Of a stretch of DNA of 64,000 nucleotides, positions 7,232 to 16,919 are shown piece after piece (the first letter of the stretch is position 1; every line of letters starts with the position of its first letter). The stretch is from Novosphingobium sp. 17-62-19 (GTDB lineage Bacteria > Pseudomonadota > Alphaproteobacteria > Sphingomonadales > Sphingomonadaceae). Both the position numbers and the translations under genes were made by a program. The notes under the pieces are model-generated. The model searched no databases and was not told the origin of the DNA. It was given only the letters and a program-made list of their open reading frames with translations. Location of the stretch: positions 6,715 to 70,714 of the forward strand of contig NZ_NCII01000014.1 in the NCBI RefSeq assembly GCF_002256775.1, given 5' to 3'.

Positions 7232-7949
7232 GCGACATCCATGCAGGGGCAAGGGCAGGCGCAATGTCCTCGACCCGGCGATGGTCCACTGCAAGGCCAA
7301 GGTCCGGGTATGCCGCCCGTTGCCGGGACGGGTCTGATTCGGCCAGCGGCACGACCACCAGCCTGCGGTTGACCTTTTGCCGCCAGTTCATGCGGGCGGT
7401 ATTCTCCTGCCCCACATAGCAGCCTTTGGTGAAGCTGACCCCGTTCAGGTCCACCGCGTTGCATTCCAGCCAGAGCACCTCGCCATTGCCAAGTTCGGCC
7501 TGCCCCTCTGCCACCCCAAGCGACAGCCGGTGGGCAAGCCAAGCTTCGTCGGCCGGCGAATCATCTTCGGAAACAGCGGCAATCCACCGCTGGCCAAGAG
7601 CGGCAAGGCGCGGATCATTCGCGCCGCCATCGCCGGGGTGATTCTGCCAGAACACGCCGAGGCCATCTGCCCGCTCAATCCCGATCTTGCGACGCAGGCG
7701 ATATAGCGTGAGCCGCTTTGCCAGTGCATCGGCCTGTGCGGCCTCGCAATCAATCAGCAGGCCACCAGACGCATCCGGCCACACGAAGAAGTCGAACATG
7801 ACCTTGCCCTGCGCGGTCAGCAGCGCAGACCAGACCGGCAGCGCGCCTTTCACGTCGTTGGTAACGAGGCCTTGAAGAAAGCCGGGGACGTCTTCGCCTG
7901 TCTCCAGCGGGGACAGGCGGATCAGGGCGCGTTCAAATAGACGGGTCAT
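7215..7949 (-). CDS. ygfZ: folate-binding Fe-S cluster repair/tRNA modification protein YgfZ (CAF17 family)
   Basis: Contains PGFLQGLVTND and the signature FTKGCYVGQE. Trimmed to ATG 7949. Confidence 0.85.
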   Translation of the reverse strand: MTRLFERALIRLSPLETGEDVPGFLQGLVTNDVKGALPVWSALLTAQGKVMFDFFVWPDASGGLLIDCEAAQADALAKRLTLYRLRRKIGIERADGLGVFWQNHPGDGGANDPRLAALGQRWIAAVSEDDSPADEAWLAHRLSLGVAEGQAELGNGEVLWLECNAVDLNGVSFTKGCYVGQENTARMNWRQKVNRRLVVVPLAESDPSRQRAAYPDLGLAVDHRRVEDIAPALAPAWMSLTVAD

Positions 7950-7988
7950 GACTGGTAGATAGGCACCGCCATCGCTAAGGGGAAGGCC

Positions 7989-9026
7989 ATGACGAACACG
8001 ACTCTCACGATCCGGCGCCCCGACGATTGGCACACCCACTTGCGCGACCGCGACGTGCTGGCTGGTGTGGCTCCTTACACCGCACGCCAGTTCGCCCGCG
8101 CTATCGTTATGCCCAACCTTGCGCCGCCGATGACAGACGTGGCCGGGGTTGCTGCCTATCGTGACCGGATTTTGGCGGCGCTACCAACAGGCAGCGATTT
8201 CACGCCGCTAATGACGCTCTATCTCACTGATTCGACTGACATTGCCGAAGTCGAGCGCGGCTTTGCCGACGGTGTGTTCGTAGCGGCGAAGCTCTACCCG
8301 GCGCACGCCACTACCGGATCTGCCCACGGCGTTACCGACATCCGCACGATCTATCCGGTGCTGAAAGCCATGCAGCGCATCGGTATGCCTTTGCTGATCC
8401 ACGGCGAAGTGACCGACAGCCATGTCGACATTTTTGATCGGGAAGCCGTGTTCATCGAGCGTACCCTGACTCAGCTTGTGGCCGATATGCCCGCGCTTCG
8501 GATCGTGTTCGAACACATCACCACGCAAGAGGCCGCGCAGTTCGTGGAAAGTGCAGGGCCGAACATCGCTGCAACGATCACTCCGCAGCACCTTCACATC
8601 AATCGCAATGCCATGCTGGTGGGCGGCATCCGTCCGCACGCTTTCTGCCTCCCCGTGGCCAAGCGGGAGAAGCACCGCCTTGCCTTGCGCAAGCTGGCAA
8701 CTTCCGGCTGCACTCGCGTGTTCCTTGGCACAGACACGGCTCCCCACGCAAAGCACCTGAAGGAAACTGCCTGCGGCTGTGCAGGCATTTTCAACGCACC
8801 CTTTGCGCTTGAAAGCTATGTCACCGTCTTTGACGAAGAAGGTGCGCTCGACCGGTTCGAGGCCTTTGCCTCGCTCAATGGCCCGGCGTTCTATCGTTTG
8901 CCGGTCAACGAAGACATGATCACGCTCGAAAAGGCCCCGGTGGATGTGCCTGAGGTGCTGGACTGCAACGGCACCATGATTGTGCCGTTCCACGCGGGCG
9001 AAACGCTCGGCTGGCGGCTGGCCTAA
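7989..9026 (+). CDS. pyrC: dihydroorotase, homodimeric type
   Basis: [37 protein letters not shown] and [10 protein letters not shown] closely match E. coli PyrC. Confidence 0.95.
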   Translation: MTNTTLTIRRPDDWHTHLRDRDVLAGVAPYTARQFARAIVMPNLAPPMTDVAGVAAYRDRILAALPTGSDFTPLMTLYLTDSTDIAEVERGFADGVFVAAKLYPAHATTGSAHGVTDIRTIYPVLKAMQRIGMPLLIHGEVTDSHVDIFDREAVFIERTLTQLVADMPALRIVFEHITTQEAAQFVESAGPNIAATITPQHLHINRNAMLVGGIRPHAFCLPVAKREKHRLALRKLATSGCTRVFLGTDTAPHAKHLKETACGCAGIFNAPFALESYVTVFDEEGALDRFEAFASLNGPAFYRLPVNEDMITLEKAPVDVPEVLDCNGTMIVPFHAGETLGWRLA

Positions 9027-9913
9027 CGCGCTGCGCGCGCGCGCTTGGCCATGTCCCAGCTGTAGAGCGCGATGGCGAGCCAGATCAGCGCGAACGAGGC
9101 AAGCCGCGTCGTATCCAGCGTTTCGCCAAACACGGTCAGCCCCAGAATGAAGCTGATCGTCGGCGAAAGGAACTGCACGAAGCCGAGCGTCGAGAGCGGC
9201 AGGCTGCGTGCGGCCACGGCAAAGAGCAGCAGCGGCACGGCTGTTGCAATCCCCGATGCGATCATCAGCGGCGTCGTCCATCCGCCTGCGAACAGGCTGC
9301 TACCTGTGGGGCTTTGCGCTGCCAGCGCCGCGATTATGATTGCGGGCAGCAATAGCACTGCGGTTTCGATCGTCAGGCCGGGCACGGCCCCTACCGGCGC
9401 CTGCTTGCGGACATAGCCGTAGAACGCGAAAGTAAAGGCCAGCCCCAAGGCAACGGCCAGTGTCTCTACCGCGCCTGCCAGCAAGAGGGCGATGCCCAGC
9501 GCGGCCAGCAACACGGCGCCCCACTGCACACGGCTCAACCGTTCGCCAAGGAAAACCGTGCCGAGCAGGACGTTGATAAGCGGGTTGATGTAGTACCCAA
9601 GGCTGGTCGCCAGCACATGGCCGCTGTTGATGGCAATCACGTAGATCAGCCAGTTCGAACCGATCAGCAAAGCGCTCAGCGTCATCAGACCGAGTACCCG
9701 GCGGTTGACGATGGCCAACCGCAATTCCGGGAACTGGCGGCGAACCCACACAATCGCAAGGCACACGGGCAGCGTGAACACCACGCGCCAGCCTACCAAC
9801 TCAAGCGGCGGGACATTGTGCAGCGCCTTGAAGTAGAGCGGCAGCAGGCCCCAGATGACATAGGCACCCAGCGCTGAGGCAAGGCCACGACGGAAGCTCT
9901 CGGATGGCGTCAT
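9023..9913 (-). CDS. rarD: EamA-family transporter RarD
   Basis: [22 protein letters not shown], followed by about 10 TM segments. Trimmed to ATG 9913. Confidence 0.85.
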   Translation of the reverse strand: MTPSESFRRGLASALGAYVIWGLLPLYFKALHNVPPLELVGWRVVFTLPVCLAIVWVRRQFPELRLAIVNRRVLGLMTLSALLIGSNWLIYVIAINSGHVLATSLGYYINPLINVLLGTVFLGERLSRVQWGAVLLAALGIALLLAGAVETLAVALGLAFTFAFYGYVRKQAPVGAVPGLTIETAVLLLPAIIIAALAAQSPTGSSLFAGGWTTPLMIASGIATAVPLLLFAVAARSLPLSTLGFVQFLSPTISFILGLTVFGETLDTTRLASFALIWLAIALYSWDMAKRARAAR

Positions 9914-10122
9914 TCGATACGCCCTGCCAGCAATGGCACCCTGGGCCAAGTGCCTATTCGCGCTGCATTTCATCGCGCGATTACATCGGCCCGTCGCAAA
10001 CGCCGAATCTGACGCGATGGTTGCGATCTGTTCAGGTTCGGCGCTGTAAACATGAACCATCACGAAAGAACGGGACCAGCCAAAGACTGAAGGCTGCTCT
10101 CCAAGCACTGGAGGAGAAGACC

Positions 10123-10596
10123 ATGTTCACTTTCAAGAACACCGCACTGGGTCTTGTTGCAGCCATGACCGCCGCCTCGACCCTTACCATCGCTGTTCCC
10201 GCATCGGCTGCCGTCCTTCCGCAGACGAACATCGAAACTTCGGCCAACATCGATCTGGGCGCGCAGTGGAACGGCTGGGATGGCCGCCGCTGGGATGACC
10301 GTCGTGGCTGGAATGATCGCCGTGGACGCGACGACCGTCGTTGGGACAACCGTCGCTATAATCAGCGCAGCAACTGGAACGACAACCGTGGCTACTGGCG
10401 TGGCAATGATGGGCGCTACTACTGCCGTCGCAATGATGGCACCACCGGTCTCCTGATCGGCGGCGTGGCAGGCGCACTGGTGGGCCGCGAAGTGGCCGGA
10501 AACCGGGGTGACCGCACGCTGGGTGCAGTCCTTGGTGCAGCTGGTGGTGCGTTGCTGGGCCGCGAAGTTGATCGTGGTGGTGGCCGCTGCCGCTAA
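10123..10596 (+). CDS. secreted glycine-zipper 2TM domain protein with a W/D/N/R-rich repeat region
   Basis: GGAGGAG RBS precedes ATG 10123. Signal peptide ends ...AVPASA/A. Repeats WDGRRWDDRRGWNDRRGRDDRRWDNRR. C-terminal GLLIGGVAGALVG...GAVLGAAGGALLG glycine zipper. Confidence 0.75.
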   Translation: MFTFKNTALGLVAAMTAASTLTIAVPASAAVLPQTNIETSANIDLGAQWNGWDGRRWDDRRGWNDRRGRDDRRWDNRRYNQRSNWNDNRGYWRGNDGRYYCRRNDGTTGLLIGGVAGALVGREVAGNRGDRTLGAVLGAAGGALLGREVDRGGGRCR

Positions 10597-10639
10597 ACGA
10601 ATTCACCCGCCCTTTGGGTCGCACTGAAAGGTTGGGCAT

Positions 10640-10680
10640 GGGAGCGTCTCGCACAAGCTGCGGGGTGCTCCCTTTTTCTT
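10640..10680 (+). terminator. rho-independent terminator
   Basis: GGGAGC (10640-10645) pairs with GCTCCC (10667-10672), followed by TTTTTCTT. Confidence 0.55.
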
Positions 10681-10700
10681 AACCATGACGGCTCTAGAAG

Positions 10701-10928
10701 GTGCTGATGCGCGCTTTCGTTGTTCCTGTCCTATGCCTTACCCTTGTCGCCTGCGGTTCACCGCAGGTCGAACAGGACGGTGCGCCGCTCGATCCGGTCA
10801 TGGCTGAAGCGTTGCAGGGCCAGTTGATGGTCGATCCTGACCTTAGCCAACAGAACATGCGCAATCTTGCGATTATTCCGGGCGGCCCGATTGATCCCGC
10901 CTTGCCGCTTCCCGATCCGGCGAATTAA
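10701..10928 (+). CDS. small hypothetical lipoprotein
   Basis: MLMRAFVVPVLCLTLVAC is a signal peptide with lipobox LVA/C. 75 aa. The start is GTG 10701 or ATG 10707. Confidence 0.5.
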   Translation: MLMRAFVVPVLCLTLVACGSPQVEQDGAPLDPVMAEALQGQLMVDPDLSQQNMRNLAIIPGGPIDPALPLPDPAN

Positions 10929-12361
10929 TCGCTGCGCAGCCCCACGCCGATGCTCGCCCGCGGCTGGTCCAACTCACTCGAAGCCACCGGATAGGCGCAA
11001 TAGTCCGCAGCATAGTAGGCGCTGGGCCTATGGTTGCCCGAAAGCCCCACGCCGCCAAACGGTGCTGCCGAAGACGCCCCGTTGGTCGGTCGGTTCCAGT
11101 TGACAACACCTGCACGGATGTTCGCCCAGAACCGGTTGTAGTCCTGCGGATCACCGCCGATCAGCGAAGCGGAAAGGCCAAAGCGGGTTGCATTGGCCTC
11201 GGCAATCGCCTCGTCGAAATCACTGACTTTTATCACCTGCAACAGCGGTCCGAACAGTTCCACGTCGGGCCTTTCTGCCACGGCAGTCACATCGATGATC
11301 GCAGGTGAAAGGAACGGCAGATCGTCCTTCAGGCGCACCATGTGCTTGATCGGCCGCCCGCCTGAGGACAGCAGATAGACGAAGCTTTCGGTCAAGCCAT
11401 CGGCAGTGCGATTGTCGATCACTGGTCCCATGAAGGGCGAAGGTTCGTCAAATGGAGCGCCAACGATGATGCGGTCGGCCAGTCGCTTCACTTCGCCGAT
11501 GATCTCGTCATACATCGAAGCTTTGACGATCAGCCGCCGCGCTGCCGTGCAGCGCTGCCCGGCGCTGGTGAAGGCCGATTGCACGATCAGCGTTGCCGCG
11601 TCCTGAATTTTCGGCGTGTCCCACACCACCATCGGATTGTTTCCGCCCATTTCGAGCGCCACCATCTTGCCGGGATTCGACGCCAGCTTGCGGTTGATCG
11701 CGATGCCGGCGTGGGCAGATCCGGTGAATAGCACGCCATCGATACCGTCGTGCGCCACCAGCGCCTGGCCCTCAACCGGGCCGCCGATCAGCACCTGCAC
11801 GATGGCGGCGGAAATGCCTGCGCGGTGGAAGCATTGCGCCAGCATCTCGCCTGTCGCCGGGGTCTTTTCCGAAGGCTTGAAGATCACGACGTTCCCGGCG
11901 ATCAGCGCGGGCACGATATGGCCGTTGGGCAGGTGCGCAGGGAAGTTGTAAGGTCCCAGCACGGCCATCACGCCATGCGGCTTGTGCCGCAGCGCAGAAG
12001 TGCCCTGCATGGCCGAGTCCAGCTTGCGCTGCGATGTGCGGTCGGCATAGGCGCGGACCGAAATCTCGACCTTGCCAACCACGCTTTCCACTTCGGCGCG
12101 GGCTTCCCACAGGGGCTTGCCCGTTTCGCGCGCGATCATCGTGGCGAGTTTGTCGGCATCCTTGCGCACTTCGTTGGCAAAGCGGCGGACCAGTTCGATA
12201 CGCGTGGTCAGCGGTTGTGCGGCCCAGGCCGGCCATGCCCGCCGTGCGCGCGCCACCACATCATCAACATCGCCAACCTTGCCGCGCCACACTTCGGCGC
12301 CGGTGGCTGGTTCATAGGATACGATTTCGGCAGCTGCCACGAATATTGCCTGCTCTTCCAA
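10925..12361 (-). CDS. astD: N-succinylglutamate 5-semialdehyde dehydrogenase (aldehyde dehydrogenase family)
   Basis: LRHKPHGVMAVLGPYNFPAHLPNGHIVPALIAGN, ALEMGGNNP and NWNRPTNGASSAAPFGGVGLSGNHRPSAYYAADYCAYP closely match E. coli AstD. Confidence 0.85.
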   Translation of the reverse strand: MEEQAIFVAAAEIVSYEPATGAEVWRGKVGDVDDVVARARRAWPAWAAQPLTTRIELVRRFANEVRKDADKLATMIARETGKPLWEARAEVESVVGKVEISVRAYADRTSQRKLDSAMQGTSALRHKPHGVMAVLGPYNFPAHLPNGHIVPALIAGNVVIFKPSEKTPATGEMLAQCFHRAGISAAIVQVLIGGPVEGQALVAHDGIDGVLFTGSAHAGIAINRKLASNPGKMVALEMGGNNPMVVWDTPKIQDAATLIVQSAFTSAGQRCTAARRLIVKASMYDEIIGEVKRLADRIIVGAPFDEPSPFMGPVIDNRTADGLTESFVYLLSSGGRPIKHMVRLKDDLPFLSPAIIDVTAVAERPDVELFGPLLQVIKVSDFDEAIAEANATRFGLSASLIGGDPQDYNRFWANIRAGVVNWNRPTNGASSAAPFGGVGLSGNHRPSAYYAADYCAYPVASSELDQPRASIGVGLRSD

Positions 12362-12467
12362 AGTGTTCTTGCGAACGGTGGGTTCCGGTTCCCGGCCTGT
12401 ACCGTAACGCGCCAGACGTTACCGATTAAACAATATTCATGTGCCGAACTACCCTAGATAGCGCATT

Positions 12468-13892
12468 TCAGCCCGCAACATGTCCCATTGGCGGCGGTTT
12501 CGGACCCATTGCCACGCCCATGTTCCGCACGGCTGCGATCTTCGCGTCAAGCGCCGACCATTCATCGCCTTCTGCAATCGGCTGCCAGATCGCCTCTACT
12601 TCATCGATCAGCATGGACTGCGGCGCTGGTTCGGACCAGTACGGATGGCTACTGTCCACGCCAACATAGGGTGCCAGCGCATCCTTGAATGCCGCACCTT
12701 CGGGCGTTTCCGCAAACGGGCCGCGCCCGCCGCGATGCGCAAAGAAAAACGCATCCGGCCCGGTGCCTTGCGCGACCATTACCTTTTCACATGCGCCGAT
12801 CAGCGCAGTGTCCTCTTCCAGCCCGCGCGGCTCCACGCCAAGCCGCCACAGCCACCGCCGGGTCATCGCTTGCTGGTAAAGTTCCGGGTAGCGGTTCAGC
12901 GCCTCGATCAGCGGCGGGGCATCTACCAGGGATCGCAGCGCCACGGCCAGTTGCCCGCAGTTCCAATGGATCGCTTCGGGCTGTCGGCCATAGGCATAGA
13001 GGCCGGAGTGATCGAAGTAGGCCGCAGTAAAGCCCGGCTCCCACTTTGGCAGCCAGCGCCAAGGGCCATAGTCAAAGCTCTCGCCGCTGACGTTCATGTT
13101 GTCGGAATTGAGCACGCCGTGGACGAAGCCCGCCACCATATAGCTCGCCGCCATATCGGCCATGCGCTCAACCACCTGGTTGAAGAAGCGCGCAGCAGGG
13201 TGCGGCGCATCGGGAAACGCGCCTCCCGAAGATTCTGGGCCGGGGAAATTGGCAAGGCAATAGGCGACCAGTTGCGCCATCTCGTCTTCCCGCTCCAGCG
13301 CGGCCAGCCGCTGAAATGTACCGATGCGGATGTGCCCGTGGGACAGGCGCACCAGCACAGCCGAGCGCGTGGGTGAAGGCTCGTCCCCGCGATAGAGCGA
13401 TTCGCCCGTTTCGATCACCGAAAGCGTCCGGCTGGTGTTCACTCCCAGCGCTTCCAGCATCTCCGTCGCCAGAATTTCGCGCATCGCGCCTTTGAGCGTT
13501 AGCCGCCCGTCGCCCGCGCGGCTCCACGGGGTTTGCCCAGACCCTTTGGTGCCCAGATCCATCAGCCGCCCATCCGCATCGAGCATCTGCGCGAATGTAA
13601 ATCCGCGCCCATCGCCAAGATCGGGATTGTATGTGCGGAACTGGTGGCCGTGGTAGCGCAGTGCCAATGGCCCCGGCATATTGTCCGGCAGCGGATCAAA
13701 GCGTCCGAAATGGCGCAGCCAGTCCGCGTCGCTCAATCCGGCAAGGCCAATGCCTTGTGCCGCACGATCATTGCGCCAGCGCAGCCGGGTTTCGGGGAAG
13801 TCCGCCGCCTTTACCGGATCGCCGATCCAGTCGGCCAGCGCCATGATGCGGGGGGAAGGGCGATAGATCGCGTCTTGCGGCAAAGCTGGCAT
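12468..13892 (-). CDS. selO: protein adenylyltransferase SelO (YdiU/UPF0061)
   Basis: LALRYHGHQFRTYNPDLGDGRGF, DLGTKGSGQTPWSR.GDGRLTL and REILATEMLEALGV are SelO hallmarks. Confidence 0.9.
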   Translation of the reverse strand: MPALPQDAIYRPSPRIMALADWIGDPVKAADFPETRLRWRNDRAAQGIGLAGLSDADWLRHFGRFDPLPDNMPGPLALRYHGHQFRTYNPDLGDGRGFTFAQMLDADGRLMDLGTKGSGQTPWSRAGDGRLTLKGAMREILATEMLEALGVNTSRTLSVIETGESLYRGDEPSPTRSAVLVRLSHGHIRIGTFQRLAALEREDEMAQLVAYCLANFPGPESSGGAFPDAPHPAARFFNQVVERMADMAASYMVAGFVHGVLNSDNMNVSGESFDYGPWRWLPKWEPGFTAAYFDHSGLYAYGRQPEAIHWNCGQLAVALRSLVDAPPLIEALNRYPELYQQAMTRRWLWRLGVEPRGLEEDTALIGACEKVMVAQGTGPDAFFFAHRGGRGPFAETPEGAAFKDALAPYVGVDSSHPYWSEPAPQSMLIDEVEAIWQPIAEGDEWSALDAKIAAVRNMGVAMGPKPPPMGHVAG

Positions 13893-13965
13893 CCGGCAAT
13901 AGTGGGCATCTAATTGCCTGTCCGCAAGCAGGCCCCACCGGATTCACGCGGAATATCAAAAGATC

Positions 13966-14820
13966 ATGGCAGATTACGAAGATCGCTACTGGACCAGCAG
14001 CGACGGTTTGCGCCTGCACTTCCGCCACTACGAAGGCGATTCTTCACGCCCGCCAGTGCTCTGTCTGCCGGGGCTGACGCGCAATGCCCGCGATTTTGAG
14101 GATCTGGCCGCATCGCTGGCCGGGGACTGGCGCGTGCTCTGCCTTGAAATGCGCGGCCGTGGCGACAGCGATTATGCCAAGGATCCGATGACCTACACCC
14201 CGCTGCACTATCTGCAGGATGTGGAGGCGTTGCTGGCCCAAGAAGGGATCGACCGTTTCGTATCCATCGGCACATCGCTCGGCGGATTGCTGACGATGCT
14301 GCTGGCGGTATCCAACCCGCAGCGCATCGCCGCCGCCGTGCTCAACGATGTCGGCCCCGAAGTTTCCCCCGCCGGGCTTGAACGGATTCGCGGTTACGTG
14401 GGGCAGGGGCGCAATTTCGAAACGTGGATGCACGCCGCCCGCGCGCTTCAGGAAAGCAGCGGCGATGTCTATCCCGATTGGGACATCACCCAGTGGCTGC
14501 GCTATGCCAAACGCATCATGGTGCTGGGTACCGGCGGGCGCATCGCGTTCGACTATGACATGAAGATCGCCGAACCGTTTGAGGCCCCGGAGGGCGCAAC
14601 GCCGCAAGTCGATATGTGGCCGCTGTTCGATGCGCTGGCCACGCGGCCCGTGCTGATCCTGCGAGGGGAAACGTCGGATATTCTTACCCCTGATACCGCG
14701 GCGAAGATGGCGTCTCGCCCCGGCGTGGAACTCGTCACCATTCCGAGAATCGGCCACGCCCCCACGCTTGATGAGCCCGAAAGCATCGCCGCGATCGGAC
14801 GCCTGCTCGCCAGAGTATGA
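13966..14820 (+). CDS. alpha/beta hydrolase
   Basis: Nucleophile elbow GTSLGG, with LCLPGLTRNARDF near the N-terminus. Confidence 0.8.
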   Translation: MADYEDRYWTSSDGLRLHFRHYEGDSSRPPVLCLPGLTRNARDFEDLAASLAGDWRVLCLEMRGRGDSDYAKDPMTYTPLHYLQDVEALLAQEGIDRFVSIGTSLGGLLTMLLAVSNPQRIAAAVLNDVGPEVSPAGLERIRGYVGQGRNFETWMHAARALQESSGDVYPDWDITQWLRYAKRIMVLGTGGRIAFDYDMKIAEPFEAPEGATPQVDMWPLFDALATRPVLILRGETSDILTPDTAAKMASRPGVELVTIPRIGHAPTLDEPESIAAIGRLLARV

Positions 14821-15983
14821 GCCGCGAACCCAAGCGCCCGCTGAAGCTGCTGCACCTGCATTCGACGTTCGATGCAGGAGGGAAGGAGCGTCGCGTCGTC
14901 GCGCTGATGAACCGCTGGGCCAAAGCGCCTTTCGGCAAAAACCTCGAACACCACATCGTTTCTGCCGTGCCCTCGGCGATGGGCGCGCAAAGCCTGATCG
15001 ACAAGCGCGTCAAGGCGTTCTTTCCCTTCGGTTTCCCTCCGCTTGCCGGAAAGCTGCGGATCGGCAGACTCCAGCGTCTCGCCCGCGCGATGCAGGGTTT
15101 TGATCTGATCCTGACATACAACTGGGGCGCGATGGACGCGGCGATGGCGCACGCAATCTTTGCGCCGAGCATGGGCTTGCCCCCGCTGATTCACCACGAA
15201 GACGGATTTAACGCAGACGAGGCGGGCGGGCTGAAGCGCCATCGCAACTGGTATCGCATGATTGCACTTTCGCGGGCGAGCGCCCTCATGGTTCCGTCGT
15301 GTCAGCTTGAGGAGATTGCGCTCAATGTCTGGCGCCAGCCGCGCGGGCGGGTGCAACGTATCGCCAATGGCATTGACACTGCGCTCTATACCAAAAAGCC
15401 CAAGCCCGATGTGCTGCCTCGGCTGGTCAAACGCCCCGGCGAAAAGTGGCTCGGTACGCTGGCGGGCCTGCGTGCGGTCAAGAACCTGCCCCGCATGGTT
15501 CGCGCTATGCAAAACCTGCCGCCCGAATGGCACCTCGTGATCCTTGGCGAAGGGCCTGAGCGTGAAGCGATTCTTGCTGAGGCACTCCGGCTGCAACTCG
15601 CCCACCGCGTCCACCTTCCGGGCCATGTCGCTGATCCTTCCGCGGCGATCGGCCTGTTCGATCTCTTCGCCCTTTCGTCCGATAGTGAGCAGGCGCCGCT
15701 TTCGGTGATAGAGGCCATGGCGTCCGGTCTAGCCATCATCAGCCCGGCCGTGGGTGACGTGGCAGAGATGGTTTCGGCGGAAAACCGCCCCTTCATCACT
15801 GCGCCGGGCGACGAGGCCGCGCTCGCGGCTGCTGTTGCCACGCTGGCGGCAGACGAAACGCTGCGCCAGCGCATCGGCAAGGTCAACCGCGCCCGCGCTG
15901 CTGCTGAATTTGATGAAGCCATCATGGCAAAGCGCTATGCCGACGCATACACGCAGGCGCTGGGGCGAAGCAGTTTCGACTGA
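14817..15983 (+). CDS. glycosyltransferase family 4 (GT-B fold)
   Basis: EX7E region SSDSEQAPLSVIEAMASG. The ATG overlaps the upstream stop by 4 nt. Confidence 0.8.
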   Translation: MSREPKRPLKLLHLHSTFDAGGKERRVVALMNRWAKAPFGKNLEHHIVSAVPSAMGAQSLIDKRVKAFFPFGFPPLAGKLRIGRLQRLARAMQGFDLILTYNWGAMDAAMAHAIFAPSMGLPPLIHHEDGFNADEAGGLKRHRNWYRMIALSRASALMVPSCQLEEIALNVWRQPRGRVQRIANGIDTALYTKKPKPDVLPRLVKRPGEKWLGTLAGLRAVKNLPRMVRAMQNLPPEWHLVILGEGPEREAILAEALRLQLAHRVHLPGHVADPSAAIGLFDLFALSSDSEQAPLSVIEAMASGLAIISPAVGDVAEMVSAENRPFITAPGDEAALAAAVATLAADETLRQRIGKVNRARAAAEFDEAIMAKRYADAYTQALGRSSFD

Positions 15984-16123
15984 CATTCGGCACAACTTGC
16001 TTCAGCAAGCGTTCACGCGCCGCGCGCAAACAAGCAATTCGGTTGAAAAGGCGGTCCCATCCGCTAAACACCGCGCCAGACAAACGCTAGCAATGTTCCA
16101 CTTTAGTCCCTGAAAGCGCTGCC

Positions 16124-16897
16124 TTGGCTCTCCGTCCTGACCGTCCGCAATCCCGTACTGATCAACTGGCCGAGCGTTCTGGCGCTCAGGGTGACGCTTT
16201 CCTGCGCGAAGTGGATGATGCCCTGCGTGAGGATCAGGTCCTCACGGCCTTCCAGAAGTTTGGCAAGCCAGTGGGCGCGGCGATCGTTGCGGGCCTGCTC
16301 GGCCTCGGCGGCTGGCTGTGGTATGAAAATCACCAGAATACCTTGGCTGGCGAACAGGGTGAAGTGCTGACGCAGGCGCTCGACAAGCTGGAAGTGCGCA
16401 ATCTCAAGGCCGCCAGCGAAGACGTCGCTCCGATCGTCAAGGACGGGACGGATGGCTTCAATGCATCGGCCAGAATGCTGCAGGCCGGCATCTTGTCCGA
16501 ACAGGGCAAGAACGACGAAGCCTCCAAGGCTTTTGCTGCCATCGCCGCCGATGCGAAAGTCCCTCAGGCCTATCGCGATCTCGCCACGATCCGCGAAGTG
16601 TCACTCACGTTCGACAAGATCGGCGCTGACAAGGTCGTCGAACGCGTCAAGCCACTGGCTGTCCCCGGCAACGCCTGGTTCGGCAGTGCGGGCGAACTGG
16701 TTGGCATTGCCTACATGAAGCAGGGCAAGAACGATCTGGCAGGCGCAATGTTTGCGCAGATTGCCAAGGATGAAACTGTGCCTGACAGCTTGCGCCGCCG
16801 CACCCGCCAGATGGCGGGCCTGCTCGGCGTCGACGCGGTCGAGGATCCGGGTGCCGCGAAGGTTATCCAGCGTGCCACCACGCCTGCGGCAAACTGA
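16124..16897 (+). CDS. YfgM-like membrane-anchored TPR-like protein
   Basis: One N-terminal TM segment (AAIVAGLLGLGGWLWY) followed by a helical domain, positioned directly upstream of bamB as yfgM is. The start codon (TTG 16124) is uncertain. Confidence 0.6.
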   Translation: MALRPDRPQSRTDQLAERSGAQGDAFLREVDDALREDQVLTAFQKFGKPVGAAIVAGLLGLGGWLWYENHQNTLAGEQGEVLTQALDKLEVRNLKAASEDVAPIVKDGTDGFNASARMLQAGILSEQGKNDEASKAFAAIAADAKVPQAYRDLATIREVSLTFDKIGADKVVERVKPLAVPGNAWFGSAGELVGIAYMKQGKNDLAGAMFAQIAKDETVPDSLRRRTRQMAGLLGVDAVEDPGAAKVIQRATTPAAN

Positions 16898-16919
16898 TAT
16901 TTTTGAGGATGCATTGCCA

